A stretch of DNA of 43,447 bases from a virus (Duplodnaviria; Caudoviricetes): IMG/VR virus record IMGVR_UViG_3300044708_000152, positions 1 to 43,447 of that record; one strand, written 5' to 3'. The position numbers and the translations under genes were made by a program. The notes beneath the pieces were generated by a model. The model worked only from the letters and a program-made list of their open reading frames with translations, was not told where the DNA came from and did not search any database. The number at the start of each line of letters is the position of its first letter. The stretch's first letter is position 1. Shown here in pieces: positions 34,201 through 43,379 of this stretch.

Positions 34201-36178
34201 GCTGCCCCGCGGCGGCCTGCGCGTTGGCCTGGCCGAAATTGGTGTAGTCCGGCGGGCCGCCCGGACTGCCAGGCCGCAGACGCCCGGTCGCCGCGGCGGT
34301 GAGGTTGCCGGACGTGTCCACCAGCGGCTGATCGACCTGAAACTGGGGCGCCGCCGGCTGGTTTTCGTCTGGTTTCCGGCTGGTTTCCGTGTCGCTGGTA
34401 CGGCTGGGCTGGAAGAGGCTTGTCACTGCATCCTTGGCCTGGCCAAGACGATTGAGCACTCCCTGAACACCGCCGACCGCCTGCTGCGTCGGCACGTCCT
34501 GCTCGAGGGATTTCAGGAGCACCTGCGCGTTGTAGTCCTGGCCGAGACCGCCTTCAGAGCCCACCCCATTCGAGATGCCCTTGCCGATGCCGATGTGCAG
34601 ATGAGTCGCGCCCTCGCCACCTTTCCAGGCGTTGCCGGAATTGCCGACGGCGCCGATCTGCTGCCCGGCCTGCACCGTATCGCCGATCTTGAGCGAAGGC
34701 GGCGCATCGAAGTGCGCGTAGTAGTAGTCCAGGCCGTCAGTGCCGTGGATCAGCACCGCGTTACCGCCGACCTGGTGGTCGCCCTTGTCCTGGAAGACCT
34801 CGACAACCTTGCCGCCCAGCATGGCAGCCACCGGCGTCCCCCGTGGCGCCATGAGGTCGCTGCCGCCCTCAGAGTGGTAGGTCGCGTCCGGATTGTTGTC
34901 CGAGCGGAAGGGCAGCGGGAAGATGCGGCCGACCTGGTCCGGAGTGCCCGTCTGCAGCACCGTCGAACCGTTGCTTTGCCGTGGCGGCGCCGGCGCATGC
35001 GCGTCGACCGAACCACCGGCACCGATGTCGTTGTAGGCACTCGCGTAGTTGCGGCGCGCGGATGACTGTGGGTTCGTAAAGTCGTAGGGCCTCTCGGCCT
35101 GGGCCGCGACCCACGAGGCTTTCTCGGCGCCGGTCAGGCCAGCCGGCGCACTGGCGTACGCCTTGGCGTACAGCGGCACGATCTGAGACGCTTGCAACTG
35201 CGCACCGCTTTCGCCAAGCAACTGCTGCTCGTTGTTGGCGTACGGCGCGCCCATCCCGCCCAGATCGAACTGGAACAGTCCGCGGCCTCCGCCGCCTTTC
35301 TGGACGGCGTTGGGGTTCCAACCTGACTCTGCTTTGGCGCCGGCGGCCACGGTACGAATGAAGTCGGGGTCATTCGCGAGCTCGGGCGGGGCGTTGGCGG
35401 AGATGAGCTGGCTGAGCCAGTCCGGCACGCTGCCTACCTGAGGAACTGCGCCTGCATTCGCAGCGGTAGGCGACGTGCCGGCGCTCGTCGGCGCGGCGGG
35501 CAAGCCCGGCAGGCTGGAGCCGAACGTGCTCAGATCCGCGCCGGCCTTCAGGGCCGCACCCATGGCGCTGCCAATCGGGTCACCGCTGTACGGCTGCAGG
35601 TTCGAGGCGAAGGCATTCAGGTCAGCGCCAGACTTCACAGCGGCGCCCATCGCCGACGTGATCCAGTCCTGCATCCCGCCAGACGGCTGCCCGCCCGACA
35701 CGCTCGGAGTGGCGTTTCCACTGGCGGGCAGCGGCTCTGGCGCGGGAGCAGGCGCCGTAGCTACTGGCGCTGCGGGCGCCGGAGAGGGGAAGTCTGGCGG
35801 GGGTTGACCCAGATCTGGCGCGGATTCTGCAGGAGCCTGGGCCGGCGCCGACTCTGGAGCCGAAGGATGCCACTCCGGGAGGGGGACACCCCCTGGTCCA
35901 GGAATCGACACCGGCGTCGAGGGAGCGGGCGCCGGCTCGGGAGGCGGAGCCGGCGCAGCCTCTGGGGGCGGCGGTGCGGGGGCTTGCCCCGTGACTGACC
36001 CGATGGTGTCGCCGGCCGCGGATGCTGCTCCGCCGACGAGTGACTGCAGGCCAGCGATCTTCTCGCTGATGGCCTGCTGCAACCCGAACGTCTGCTGCTT
36101 CTGCTCGAGCTCGCGCTGCAGCCGCTCCTGCTCGTACTGGTCGTACGCGTTTTGATCGATGTCGGGCAGCATCGTCAT
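31133..36178 (-). CDS. Large internal virion protein with lysozyme-like and M23 peptidase domains
   Basis: AESGWNPNA...GRGLFQF; H..G.DLMAPRGTPV...YAH...GDTVQAGQQIGAVGNSG...HLHIGI; large helical C-terminus (VPFTRTPIN). Confidence 0.85.
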   Translation of the reverse strand: MTMLPDIDQNAYDQYEQERLQRELEQKQQTFGLQQAISEKIAGLQSLVGGAASAAGDTIGSVTGQAPAPPPPEAAPAPPPEPAPAPSTPVSIPGPGGVPLPEWHPSAPESAPAQAPAESAPDLGQPPPDFPSPAPAAPVATAPAPAPEPLPASGNATPSVSGGQPSGGMQDWITSAMGAAVKSGADLNAFASNLQPYSGDPIGSAMGAALKAGADLSTFGSSLPGLPAAPTSAGTSPTAANAGAVPQVGSVPDWLSQLISANAPPELANDPDFIRTVAAGAKAESGWNPNAVQKGGGGRGLFQFDLGGMGAPYANNEQQLLGESGAQLQASQIVPLYAKAYASAPAGLTGAEKASWVAAQAERPYDFTNPQSSARRNYASAYNDIGAGGSVDAHAPAPPRQSNGSTVLQTGTPDQVGRIFPLPFRSDNNPDATYHSEGGSDLMAPRGTPVAAMLGGKVVEVFQDKGDHQVGGNAVLIHGTDGLDYYYAHFDAPPSLKIGDTVQAGQQIGAVGNSGNAWKGGEGATHLHIGIGKGISNGVGSEGGLGQDYNAQVLLKSLEQDVPTQQAVGGVQGVLNRLGQAKDAVTSLFQPSRTSDTETSRKPDENQPAAPQFQVDQPLVDTSGNLTAAATGRLRPGSPGGPPDYTNFGQANAQAAAGQPSGLDQQVLDAVTTPHLTGVGDAIKSAADVMSPETRASLARDLQDKNIPVASGVLSALLSGSSPTDSAQTIVDLNNKYAGTAGAQSIPMKGQAPLTLSVDPSVMTPEDRDAYQKAMIAVGGMENPEMPKGPTPGQLPLGGMGRELPVGNERLPDVGGVDLPNRPMPGQTPLEGMGQELVTGGERLSPGVGPDIPGGAQPGQLPLGGMGQELPVGSERLPKGEGEGPRMTGPDVFTPPELKLPGYIPQPVQDLVQTAHANPFDRTTSLDGPIQRLAAASGEDSSRIVKAWSDNPDALRALDEAMTQSQSRLARLQQQLGYDTSNTQAVSEMVGELARYQALQEAVGKRLPKAGSLLEGLSADTMSGQKNLISQVETMAGNAKMTPEEWASQLSKVDLSDPEKLSNFAKIARNYTFTDKLTALWYFNLLSNPLTHIRNIVSNTATAVGTPAESLGSAAFDPLARRLLGDSGPRQRYAGESIAQLQGMKDAIADPGTWRDTLDALKYGTPGKGGEITRLTHEPFAGTPLEALGYPGRALEAEDQFFRGVNGAGALRGEAYRIAKQEGLSGDAFAERVARLTSAPTQEMLDSVGKQAEYRVFQQNDEFASKLNAAWNKWPVLKFVVPFTRTPINVTKYMLERSPLGALKIGADFSTKAGRQALREAGAGDLADRMSRTAMGSALMGGLYAYAASGDNLTGRAPDDPTERDAFYRSGKLPYAFKDPVTGNWHSYQALQPYSTLIGSAADIADAVKRGQLKDPEDIGGVATMAGLAAGKGLLNQTWTQGLYDTLDLFQNGSSGGKDPTKQIERLATQYASNAIPGSALLRGLARMTDNTVRDPNSVLEGVAANLPGVSHTVPERLDNFGFPVERPQSGLDAFLNPFPSSHVRDDPVEIELHRLQDAYGVEPGAPDKNITVLNGKLPVELTDDQQRRYQEQSGQLAYALLTALVDTDSWKKLPDEQKAKEIERIYSKSREVARTMMTPELLGQGLEGYQRQQNRRDAIRIQAATPDQNQEEIDALANAG

Positions 36179-36273
36179 CGGCGACGTCTCCAGGGCAAGT
36201 GCGTCCAGTAACGGCAGCCTTTCCAGCCCAGGCCGTTCCAGAGCAACCAGTCAGCCAGGCTGTAGCGCCTCAC
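36175..36273 (-). CDS. Trp/Arg-rich 32-aa peptide linking two virion genes
   Basis: MRRYSLADWLLWNGLGWKGCRYWTHLPWRRRR; GTGA and ATGA overlaps at both ends. Confidence 0.5.
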   Translation of the reverse strand: MRRYSLADWLLWNGLGWKGCRYWTHLPWRRRR

Positions 36274-37859
36274 TGGAGTCGCCAGGTCCCCGCGCTAGAA
36301 GCGTTCTGGGCGTATTTCGGCAGTGCCTGCTGGCGGAGCGCTTCGACATCCTGCTTGTCCCAGCCGTTTGCCTCGTACATGCCCTGCAGCATCTGCTGTT
36401 GGCTTGGGGTCATGTTGTTCCAACTCTGCGCCGCGATCTGGTTCGGGGCCGGCAGGTTGTACTGCTGGTTGGCACCGTAGGCGTTGGTGCCGTTGCCCAT
36501 GGCCTGCTGGTACTGCGCCTGGGTCTGCTGTTGGCTACTGCCAGTGCCGACGCCGAGACCTGAACCCCAGGTCTGAGCGCTCATTTGTGAGGGGTCCTGG
36601 CCAGTGTTGCCACCGTTGGGCATGGCCGCATTGCGGTAGTTGCCCGCGGCCAGCATCTGGTTCTGGTAGCCAGGCTGTTGGTAGCCAGGTTGCATGTAGC
36701 CAGGCTGTTGCGGCTGGCCTGGGTTGGTGGTGTAGCCGCCGACCTGCTCCTGGAGCGTGTTCAGGTTGGCTGCCTGAGGCTGGTAGCCCGTCGTTGCTCC
36801 GCCGCCAGGCACGTACTGGCCCATAGCGGCGGCGTACAGGTCGCGCATCCCGTTCGGCGTCGAGCCCAGGACCTGCTGATACTTCGCCCAGTCAGCGGGC
36901 CCGCGCAGGCTCGAGAGCAACTGCAGGTACGCCTGAGTGTTCTGCTGGTTGGCCTGCGACTGCTGGTAGGCCTGATTCCAGTATTGCTGTTGGGCTGCCA
37001 GCGTCTGCTGGCCTGAGCCTGGCGTCGGATTGGCGCCGGTCGACGCCGTCGAGCTCGGGGCGTTGTACCAGCCGGTGATGCCCGCCTCCGTGGCCGCCTC
37101 GTTGAAATACTGCTGCTGAGCGGCCAGGGTCTGCTGATTGGCCGTCGGCGCCGCATTCGAGCCATAGAGCGCCTGCATGGCCATCGTCGGCGCTCCCGCG
37201 GTCGGCATGCCGTAGGTGCCGTACATCTGCTGCATCTGCAGTGAGGCAGTACCGCCTGGGCCGTTGCCGTTCTGGCCAGGCGCCTGAGCGAGGCGCTGGT
37301 ACGTGGCGGTGTCCACGTTGCGCACCATGTCCGGGTTGTTGACCATGTCCCAGGACCCGCCGGCGCGCAGGAAATCGCCCTGGTCGCCGAACATGCGCAG
37401 CTGACCGTTCTGCTGGATCTGGCCGATGGCGTTGGTGCTCGGGTCGCGGATGAAGGTGCCCGGCGCGTACGTCATCTGGCCGGGGTCGTAGTAGACGCCG
37501 GTGACGCCCGCCTGGTTCAGGCCGTACTGCTGCGAGTTCTCGAGGGCAGCCTGCGTCATGGTGCCCGGTGACACGGACTTCAGACCATTGGCGTATGCCT
37601 GGCCGAAGGTGGTATCGGTCCACTGCATGTTGGGCAGCGTCGCCTGGCCGGCGGTCGTGCCGAAGCCGTAGCCACCAGGGAAGTAGCCCGACAGGGTCGC
37701 GGCGTCATTCATCTGCTGCCAGGCAAATTTCGCCTTGGCCAGGGCGGTTTGCTCGCCCTCGTTGTTGGCCATCGAGGTGTTGTAGGCAGCCTGAGAGGCG
37801 GCCTGCGCACGCTGCGTCAGCGCCTGGTAGGCCTGGATGTCGGCGTAGGTCATGCCCAT
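36270..37859 (-). CDS. Internal virion (ejection) protein, Q/A/G-rich
   Basis: 529 aa; repeated QQTLAAQQQY; GGAGG RBS. Confidence 0.65.
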   Translation of the reverse strand: MGMTYADIQAYQALTQRAQAASQAAYNTSMANNEGEQTALAKAKFAWQQMNDAATLSGYFPGGYGFGTTAGQATLPNMQWTDTTFGQAYANGLKSVSPGTMTQAALENSQQYGLNQAGVTGVYYDPGQMTYAPGTFIRDPSTNAIGQIQQNGQLRMFGDQGDFLRAGGSWDMVNNPDMVRNVDTATYQRLAQAPGQNGNGPGGTASLQMQQMYGTYGMPTAGAPTMAMQALYGSNAAPTANQQTLAAQQQYFNEAATEAGITGWYNAPSSTASTGANPTPGSGQQTLAAQQQYWNQAYQQSQANQQNTQAYLQLLSSLRGPADWAKYQQVLGSTPNGMRDLYAAAMGQYVPGGGATTGYQPQAANLNTLQEQVGGYTTNPGQPQQPGYMQPGYQQPGYQNQMLAAGNYRNAAMPNGGNTGQDPSQMSAQTWGSGLGVGTGSSQQQTQAQYQQAMGNGTNAYGANQQYNLPAPNQIAAQSWNNMTPSQQQMLQGMYEANGWDKQDVEALRQQALPKYAQNASSAGTWRLQ

Positions 37860-37865
37860 GAGCGG

Positions 37866-38384
37866 TTACCTCCCTGCTGGGCGTACCATCGGCGGCGTCG
37901 GGGGACGTGGCGGAGCGACGGGTGGCGGACGTAATGACGGTGGTAATGCACCGGCTGGGCCTGGTGGTGGCCCGGCTGGAGGACCTGGCGGCACGCCAGG
38001 AGGACCTGATGGCACGCCTGGAGGCATTGGAGGCCCACCTGGGACACCGCCCGGCGGGGTACTCGGCCATTCCTTCGGAACCTCAATCGGCGCCGGCTCC
38101 GCGGGACGATACTCCGGCCAGCGTTTGACGACGGCCTGATACACGCCGCCGAAGCCCTCTGGGCCCAGGCGCTGCAGCTCCTCCTGCCGCCCCTGCACAT
38201 TCGGCGTGCCGTCCGGGTTGAACAGACGCGTGCGGTAGAACTCGAGCTTCTGGTCTTCGGTGATGTTGGCCGAAAACGGCGCCCTGGCCGGCGCGAACGC
38301 CAGCGCCACGTCGGTGGCGGTGGAGTCGATCCAGTTGGCCAGGTCGTCGGAAACGTCGTCGAGGAAGTTCGCGCTGCCAGGCAT
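37866..38384 (-). CDS. Hypothetical protein with Pro-rich C-terminus
   Basis: GGAGG RBS; follows the portal gene. Confidence 0.75.
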   Translation of the reverse strand: MPGSANFLDDVSDDLANWIDSTATDVALAFAPARAPFSANITEDQKLEFYRTRLFNPDGTPNVQGRQEELQRLGPEGFGGVYQAVVKRWPEYRPAEPAPIEVPKEWPSTPPGGVPGGPPMPPGVPSGPPGVPPGPPAGPPPGPAGALPPSLRPPPVAPPRPPTPPMVRPAGR

Positions 38385-40520
38385 CTAGGCACCTCCAGGC
38401 AGTGGCATTGCGTTGCCAGGCGGACCTGGCACGACCGGCGTACCGGGGACACCTCCAGGTGGCATACCACCTCCTCCACCGCCAGGAGGTGGAGGAGCGA
38501 CCGGCAACCCATTCCCAGGAGATGGAACTGGGTTCGGAGGCATACCACCCGGACCCGGTACAGGCGGCGCACCCGGTGTGCCACCCGGTACTCCGGCCGA
38601 TCCCGTGCCCGCTAGCTCCTGCGGGCTCGGCATGCCCGCGGCGGCCATGCGCTGCGAGCGGATCGTGCCAATCTTCTGCAGGATGGCGTTCTTGAGTTCC
38701 TGCTGGATTTCCTGGCTACTCTTGAGATCGTGCAGGAGCCAGGACTTCTCGACCTCGTCGGGATTCCCTCCGGCGCGCTCGACGGCGTCCTCGTAGGTGA
38801 TGAGCTTGAGCTGCATCTTCTCGCCGATAGCCCGCGTCTCGATGATTTCGTTCGAGGGTGTGGAAGGCGCGAGCTTCGCTTCGTAGCGGTGGACGCCCTT
38901 CAACTCGTCGGGTCCGATGCCGAGCCAGGCGGCTTTACTCTGCCCGCCGATGGACTTCTTGCCACGCTTGGCTTCGATCTCACCCCAGGCGTACACCTTC
39001 TCACCGATGCGGTTCTCGATCAGCCAGGACTCGAAGCCGACGCGCTCGCCGAGGGTGACTTCTGCATTGCCGACAATCGGGTCCCAGCCCAGGCGCGCCA
39101 GGTAGGCGGCCTGGTTGAGGGCGTAGCCCGACTGATCGCTGGCAACCACACCCTGGACCACGCTAGGCAGCGCGAGCTCGAGCATCTGCTGCACGTTCTG
39201 GAGCAGTTTGTCGGCGTCGATACCCGAATGCGGTTGGTCGATGGGCGCGATATCGAACGGAAACAGCTTGCCAGGCTCGAGCGTGGAGTTCTGCGAGCTC
39301 TGTTCTCGGGCGTCGGTGCCGTACGGCATAGCCGGCAGGCCTGGAATCTGGCCTGGTGGGGTGGTCTTTTTGAACGCCGGATACGCGGTCATGTACGCCG
39401 CCTGGCCCTGCATGGTCAGCAGGCTGTCCAGCAGGGGAAACAAGCGCAGGAAGCCGAACAGAATCGACAGTCCAGCGTGCTCTGGCAGCCTGGAGGCCGT
39501 CGTCAGCCCCAGCGCGTGGAAGTACGGGCCTTTGAGCGTCTTGAGGATGGGGTCGCCGTAGGAATGGCGCAGCACACGGCAGAGCGTCGACTTGTCGAGG
39601 CCCTTTTGGCGCTGGCTCGGGCCCTGCAGGCAGATGACCTGGACCTGGTAGTCCCACACTTCGATGCAGCGCACCGTCTGACCACTGGTGCCATTGCCGC
39701 TGCCGCCCATGATCTGCGACCACTCCGCGCGCGCCAGTTCCGCGGCGCGTGGATCGAGTCCGCTCCAGGTCTTGGGGTCCACCACGTTGCCGTTGCGGTC
39801 CAGGCCAGCGCCGAATTTCTCGAGCGCTTCCTGGTATGGCAGTTCCTTGACCTCCATGCACGCGGTGTAGCCGTTCTCGTTTTTCGAGTAGTACCAGGTC
39901 TCGGGCGGAACGTCCGTGCTGGCAATCGGATACGGCAGCGACAGTTTGAACTCTTCGGTCTTCTGGTTGTAGATGCGGTCTTTGGCGTCCTGGTCGTACT
40001 CCTTGACCTGCTCGAGCTGCTTTTCCAGGTCCTTGGACTTCTCGTCGTACTCGCCCCAGGCGGTTCTCGAGCGCTCGACGGTCTTGATGACGCCCTCGCC
40101 TTTGGTGGCCAGGCTCCACATGAACAGGCGCAGGAGCTGGCGCTTGGACTCTTGCTCCTGGCGCTTCCAGGACGACTCGAAATAGTTCTCGCGCAGCGTC
40201 GAGTTCTGCTGGTAGACGTCGCCGAAGCCGATGGGCTTGAACACGACGCTCATCGGGTTGACGCTCAGCGCCGCGGTGACGGTGTTGGCGATGTGGAGTG
40301 CCAGGGGCGAGCGGACTTCGATGGCGGTCTTGCGGTACGCCTCCGGGATCTCGACCGGCAGGTTGCCAAAGAGCACCGCATCGATGTCGGAGTACAGTTC
40401 GTCGCGCTCGCGGAACTGGCGGCGCAGGTCCTGGGCCAGTTCCATCGTCGCCCGCTCCATAGCGTCCTGGTCAGAGGGCTTATCAAACCAGCCCTTGGGC
40501 GGCGCGACGGACATACTCAT
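38385..40520 (-). CDS. Portal protein
   Basis: 711 aa downstream of terL; podovirus portal-like layout (LATKGEGVIK; ALPSVVQG...SGYAL); Pro/Gly tail. Confidence 0.8.
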   Translation of the reverse strand: MSMSVAPPKGWFDKPSDQDAMERATMELAQDLRRQFRERDELYSDIDAVLFGNLPVEIPEAYRKTAIEVRSPLALHIANTVTAALSVNPMSVVFKPIGFGDVYQQNSTLRENYFESSWKRQEQESKRQLLRLFMWSLATKGEGVIKTVERSRTAWGEYDEKSKDLEKQLEQVKEYDQDAKDRIYNQKTEEFKLSLPYPIASTDVPPETWYYSKNENGYTACMEVKELPYQEALEKFGAGLDRNGNVVDPKTWSGLDPRAAELARAEWSQIMGGSGNGTSGQTVRCIEVWDYQVQVICLQGPSQRQKGLDKSTLCRVLRHSYGDPILKTLKGPYFHALGLTTASRLPEHAGLSILFGFLRLFPLLDSLLTMQGQAAYMTAYPAFKKTTPPGQIPGLPAMPYGTDAREQSSQNSTLEPGKLFPFDIAPIDQPHSGIDADKLLQNVQQMLELALPSVVQGVVASDQSGYALNQAAYLARLGWDPIVGNAEVTLGERVGFESWLIENRIGEKVYAWGEIEAKRGKKSIGGQSKAAWLGIGPDELKGVHRYEAKLAPSTPSNEIIETRAIGEKMQLKLITYEDAVERAGGNPDEVEKSWLLHDLKSSQEIQQELKNAILQKIGTIRSQRMAAAGMPSPQELAGTGSAGVPGGTPGAPPVPGPGGMPPNPVPSPGNGLPVAPPPPGGGGGGMPPGGVPGTPVVPGPPGNAMPLPGGA

Positions 40521-40657
40521 GCGGCAGGCTTCCTTTCAGGGATGGGGTGACACACCTGGCAGACCCACTGACCATTCCGCCAGACCCAGGCGGCCTGAAG
40601 GCAGGGCGTATTCCGTAGACAGGTAGAGCGCAGGTCCGGCGGCGGCGTGAGGCTCAT
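40517..40657 (-). CDS. Small Cys-containing protein (46 aa)
   Basis: ATGA overlaps at both ends; WVCQVCHP. Confidence 0.6.
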   Translation of the reverse strand: MSLTPPPDLRSTCLRNTPCLQAAWVWRNGQWVCQVCHPIPERKPAA

Positions 40658-41358
40658 GCGCGCTGCTCCGTAACGTAGAAGGAAGTGTAGGAGCCAGGCC
40701 AGAAGCCGCCGGTGCCGGTGTTGAGGTAGCAGCAGATGGCGTAGCGGTGGACCCCAGCCAGCGGAGCCGTGTCGTAACCAATGATCGACCAGCCGCTCAG
40801 AGCGCCCGCAACCGCAGACTGGACGCACTGCTGAGTGTCGAAGTACAGCGCGCCGTCGCGCATGAAACCGAAGTACATCAGCGCCTGGGCGGTAGCCATC
40901 GTCACTGTGCCGCACGCTTCGAGGCGGATGGTTGTGCCGCTGCGGCACGTGGCGTTGGCCTGGGCGGCAGTCTCGAACCACTGGCCTGCCGCCGGAGCCG
41001 ACCAGTTACTGGTGGCGCGGTAGTAGCCGAGAATCGCCTGGGCCGAGCCAGCCGGCAGGGTGAGGCCGCCCCCGCTCTGTGGATTCAGGCTGATGTTCTT
41101 GCCGTAGATGTTGAGGTCCAGCCACTGGCTGGTGTCGCGGTCGTAGGACTGGATGTTGCTGGACTGTTTGGGGTAGTGCGCCAGTTCCAGGCTGGAACCG
41201 GAGCCTTGACCGTCGCGCGGCCAGACGGCCTGAGCGGTGACGGGTGAACCGATGGCGCGCACGAGCGCTGCGCTCAGCGGACCACGGTGGATGATCAGCC
41301 CGCTGCTGGTGCTCTGCTGACCGTTTTCAGCCTCGCCGTAGGCGACCGCTTGCGTCAT
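40654..41358 (-). CDS. Beta-rich, fibre/receptor-binding-like protein
   Basis: ATGA overlaps; IQSYDR...LNP..G neck and a jelly-roll-like C-terminus. Confidence 0.55.
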   Translation of the reverse strand: MTQAVAYGEAENGQQSTSSGLIIHRGPLSAALVRAIGSPVTAQAVWPRDGQGSGSSLELAHYPKQSSNIQSYDRDTSQWLDLNIYGKNISLNPQSGGGLTLPAGSAQAILGYYRATSNWSAPAAGQWFETAAQANATCRSGTTIRLEACGTVTMATAQALMYFGFMRDGALYFDTQQCVQSAVAGALSGWSIIGYDTAPLAGVHRYAICCYLNTGTGGFWPGSYTSFYVTEQRA

Positions 41359-42716
41359 CCGAACGTCACTTTTCCGACCGGTTCCGCGGCCCAGGGCTGC
41401 GCTTCGGCGCACAGGCCGTAGCGCAGCGCGTCGACCTCATCGTCAGGCGTACGCGTGCCGCCAATCTTGTCGGCGACGTCTTCGGGGTCGAGCGGGTCCA
41501 TGACCATGGCCGGCAGGTTGCGCACCAGGGCCGGGCAGCGCTGGTGCATGATCTTGAGCCGCGGCAGCGCGTCTTCTTCGACCTTGCGCTCGAGCGCGAC
41601 CTGCACGCCGTGTGCGAGCGCTCTACGCATGACCGCCCAGCCCTGGCGGCGGTTGTTGAAGCCCGGCACAATGTTGGGCACACCGCCGGAGGCGTACACC
41701 TGGGCGATGCTGGGGCGCATCGACTCCGTGCGCGGGTTGAACATGCTCGGGTCGAGCACCACCTGAGTGATGCGCTCATCCTTGCTGCGGTCGATGATCA
41801 ACTGCGCCTGTTGCTCGTCGCGGATGCCCGCCGCGCTGATCTCGCGATAGACGTAGATGTGGCCGCCTGGTCGATCTCGCGTGAGCCAGAGCGCGACCCA
41901 GGGATGCGCGAAGCCCCAGTCCACACACACCCAGCGGATCCAGTCTTCGGGCGGGTCGAAGGCGTCGACCAGGTGCTGCCGCGGGTCGAATTCGGTGAAG
42001 TACATGCCCTCCGCTGCCACTCTCAGCCCGAGCAGCAAGCGGTCACGCAGATAGCCCGTCAGCGCCTCGAGCGGCGCCAATCGTGCAGGGGTGATGGTGG
42101 GGTTGTCGGTGTGTCTGGCGATCAGGAACGTCGTCTTGCCTTCGCGCTCACGGTCGTACAACCAGAAGCTCGGCTCACGCGGGTTCAGGTCGGCGAGGAG
42201 CTGCTGGTAGGGCATGATCCCGCCGCGCCCAGTCACACGCGTGGTCAGGATCTCCCAATCCGACTGCTCCAGCTCGGAAACTTCCTGCACGTAAATTAGG
42301 TCGCCCTCGAACGATTTGACCTTCTCGGGGTCGTCCATGCCGAACAGGTAAATTTTCGAACCGTTGATGTAGCGGTACTCCTCACCGTTCCACAGGCGCG
42401 CTGCGCCGTCGGGCAGGACCTGGCGCTCGAAGGTCTGCATCGCCGTCGAGGTGAGGCTCTTGCGCGTCTTACGCACAAACGCCGCGACTGCACCCGGGTA
42501 TTTGGTCATCGCGGCGTGCATCTTCTCGAGGCACGCCCTGGATTTGCCGCAGTCGGCCGGACCTTCGACCACGACCTCGCGGTCGCGGCAGCGGAACAGC
42601 TCAGCGTTGGCGCCGTACGGCTTGAACGGCTTGGTCTCAGGGTCGAGGGTGGCGACGCTCGCCGTCGGCTCGACCAGGAGCTGGCTGGTGGCCTGAAGCC
42701 CGCGCGGCGTGGCCAC
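41355..42716 (-). CDS. terL: Terminase large subunit
   Basis: EGPADCGKS Walker A, IYVQE Walker B, DLNP, VDWGF.HP, DPS and DD.VDALRY nuclease motifs. Confidence 0.95.
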   Translation of the reverse strand: MATPRGLQATSQLLVEPTASVATLDPETKPFKPYGANAELFRCRDREVVVEGPADCGKSRACLEKMHAAMTKYPGAVAAFVRKTRKSLTSTAMQTFERQVLPDGAARLWNGEEYRYINGSKIYLFGMDDPEKVKSFEGDLIYVQEVSELEQSDWEILTTRVTGRGGIMPYQQLLADLNPREPSFWLYDREREGKTTFLIARHTDNPTITPARLAPLEALTGYLRDRLLLGLRVAAEGMYFTEFDPRQHLVDAFDPPEDWIRWVCVDWGFAHPWVALWLTRDRPGGHIYVYREISAAGIRDEQQAQLIIDRSKDERITQVVLDPSMFNPRTESMRPSIAQVYASGGVPNIVPGFNNRRQGWAVMRRALAHGVQVALERKVEEDALPRLKIMHQRCPALVRNLPAMVMDPLDPEDVADKIGGTRTPDDEVDALRYGLCAEAQPWAAEPVGKVTFG

Positions 42717-43379
42717 CTAGACGCTGTTCCAGGCGTCCGCGTCGATAGCCTTGACCACCGTCGTCTGGGTTACCGTCAGCTTGTCGCCGTACTTTTCGGG
42801 CTTGTGCGCCTGCAGCAATTTGGTGAGCATGGCGTCGCTCGGCCGCCACTCATGGATCTCTTCGTACAGCAGCCCATGGCGGTAGACGCGGCGTGTGAGC
42901 TTCGAACCGGCCACCGCGCGGGTACGTGCCTCTGCCTCGAGCGCCTCGATGGCTTCGGCTTCCGCGGTGTGGAAGCGCATCGCGAAGGCCTCGTCCATCT
43001 CCTGCCACTTGTGGAATTGACTGCGGAGAATACCGCCTGCCTTGAGCGCGGCGGCCAGGTCGCCATTGGCGGCGTAGCTGGTCAGGAAGGCAGTCTGCGG
43101 GTCGAGGGGGTACTTTGGCGGTGCTACTGCCTCGAGAGAATTCTCCTCAGAGACTTCCTGGCGGACAGGTCGCGCGAGAAGGTGCTTCTCACGATGACGC
43201 ATGACCGCCCAGCGGGTGATGCCCAGCTCGCGGCCGATCTCGGAGACGTTGTGTTCTCCGCGGAGCCGCGCTTCGATTTCAGCGCGTCGGGGATGTGCGC
43301 ACAGACCACACCGCTGGGCCACGGGGCCACTGTACTCGTTCTCATGAGAGAATTCACGAGAGAGAAGTCTGGTGCGCAC
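42717..43379 (-). CDS. terS: Terminase small subunit (N-terminal HTH)
   Basis: HTH-like NVSEIGRELGITRWAV; LEAEARTRAV.G...SDAML..LL.AHKPEKYGDK; directly upstream of terL; start uncertain. Confidence 0.85.
   Translation of the reverse strand: MRTRLLSREFSHENEYSGPVAQRCGLCAHPRRAEIEARLRGEHNVSEIGRELGITRWAVMRHREKHLLARPVRQEVSEENSLEAVAPPKYPLDPQTAFLTSYAANGDLAAALKAGGILRSQFHKWQEMDEAFAMRFHTAEAEAIEALEAEARTRAVAGSKLTRRVYRHGLLYEEIHEWRPSDAMLTKLLQAHKPEKYGDKLTVTQTTVVKAIDADAWNSV

Noticed and set aside
38730-40550. Long + strand ORFs opposite portal, capsid, primase and others (e.g. 606, 358 and 344 aa)
   Set aside because: Antisense shadows of high-GC coding genes, with no RBS or recognisable motifs
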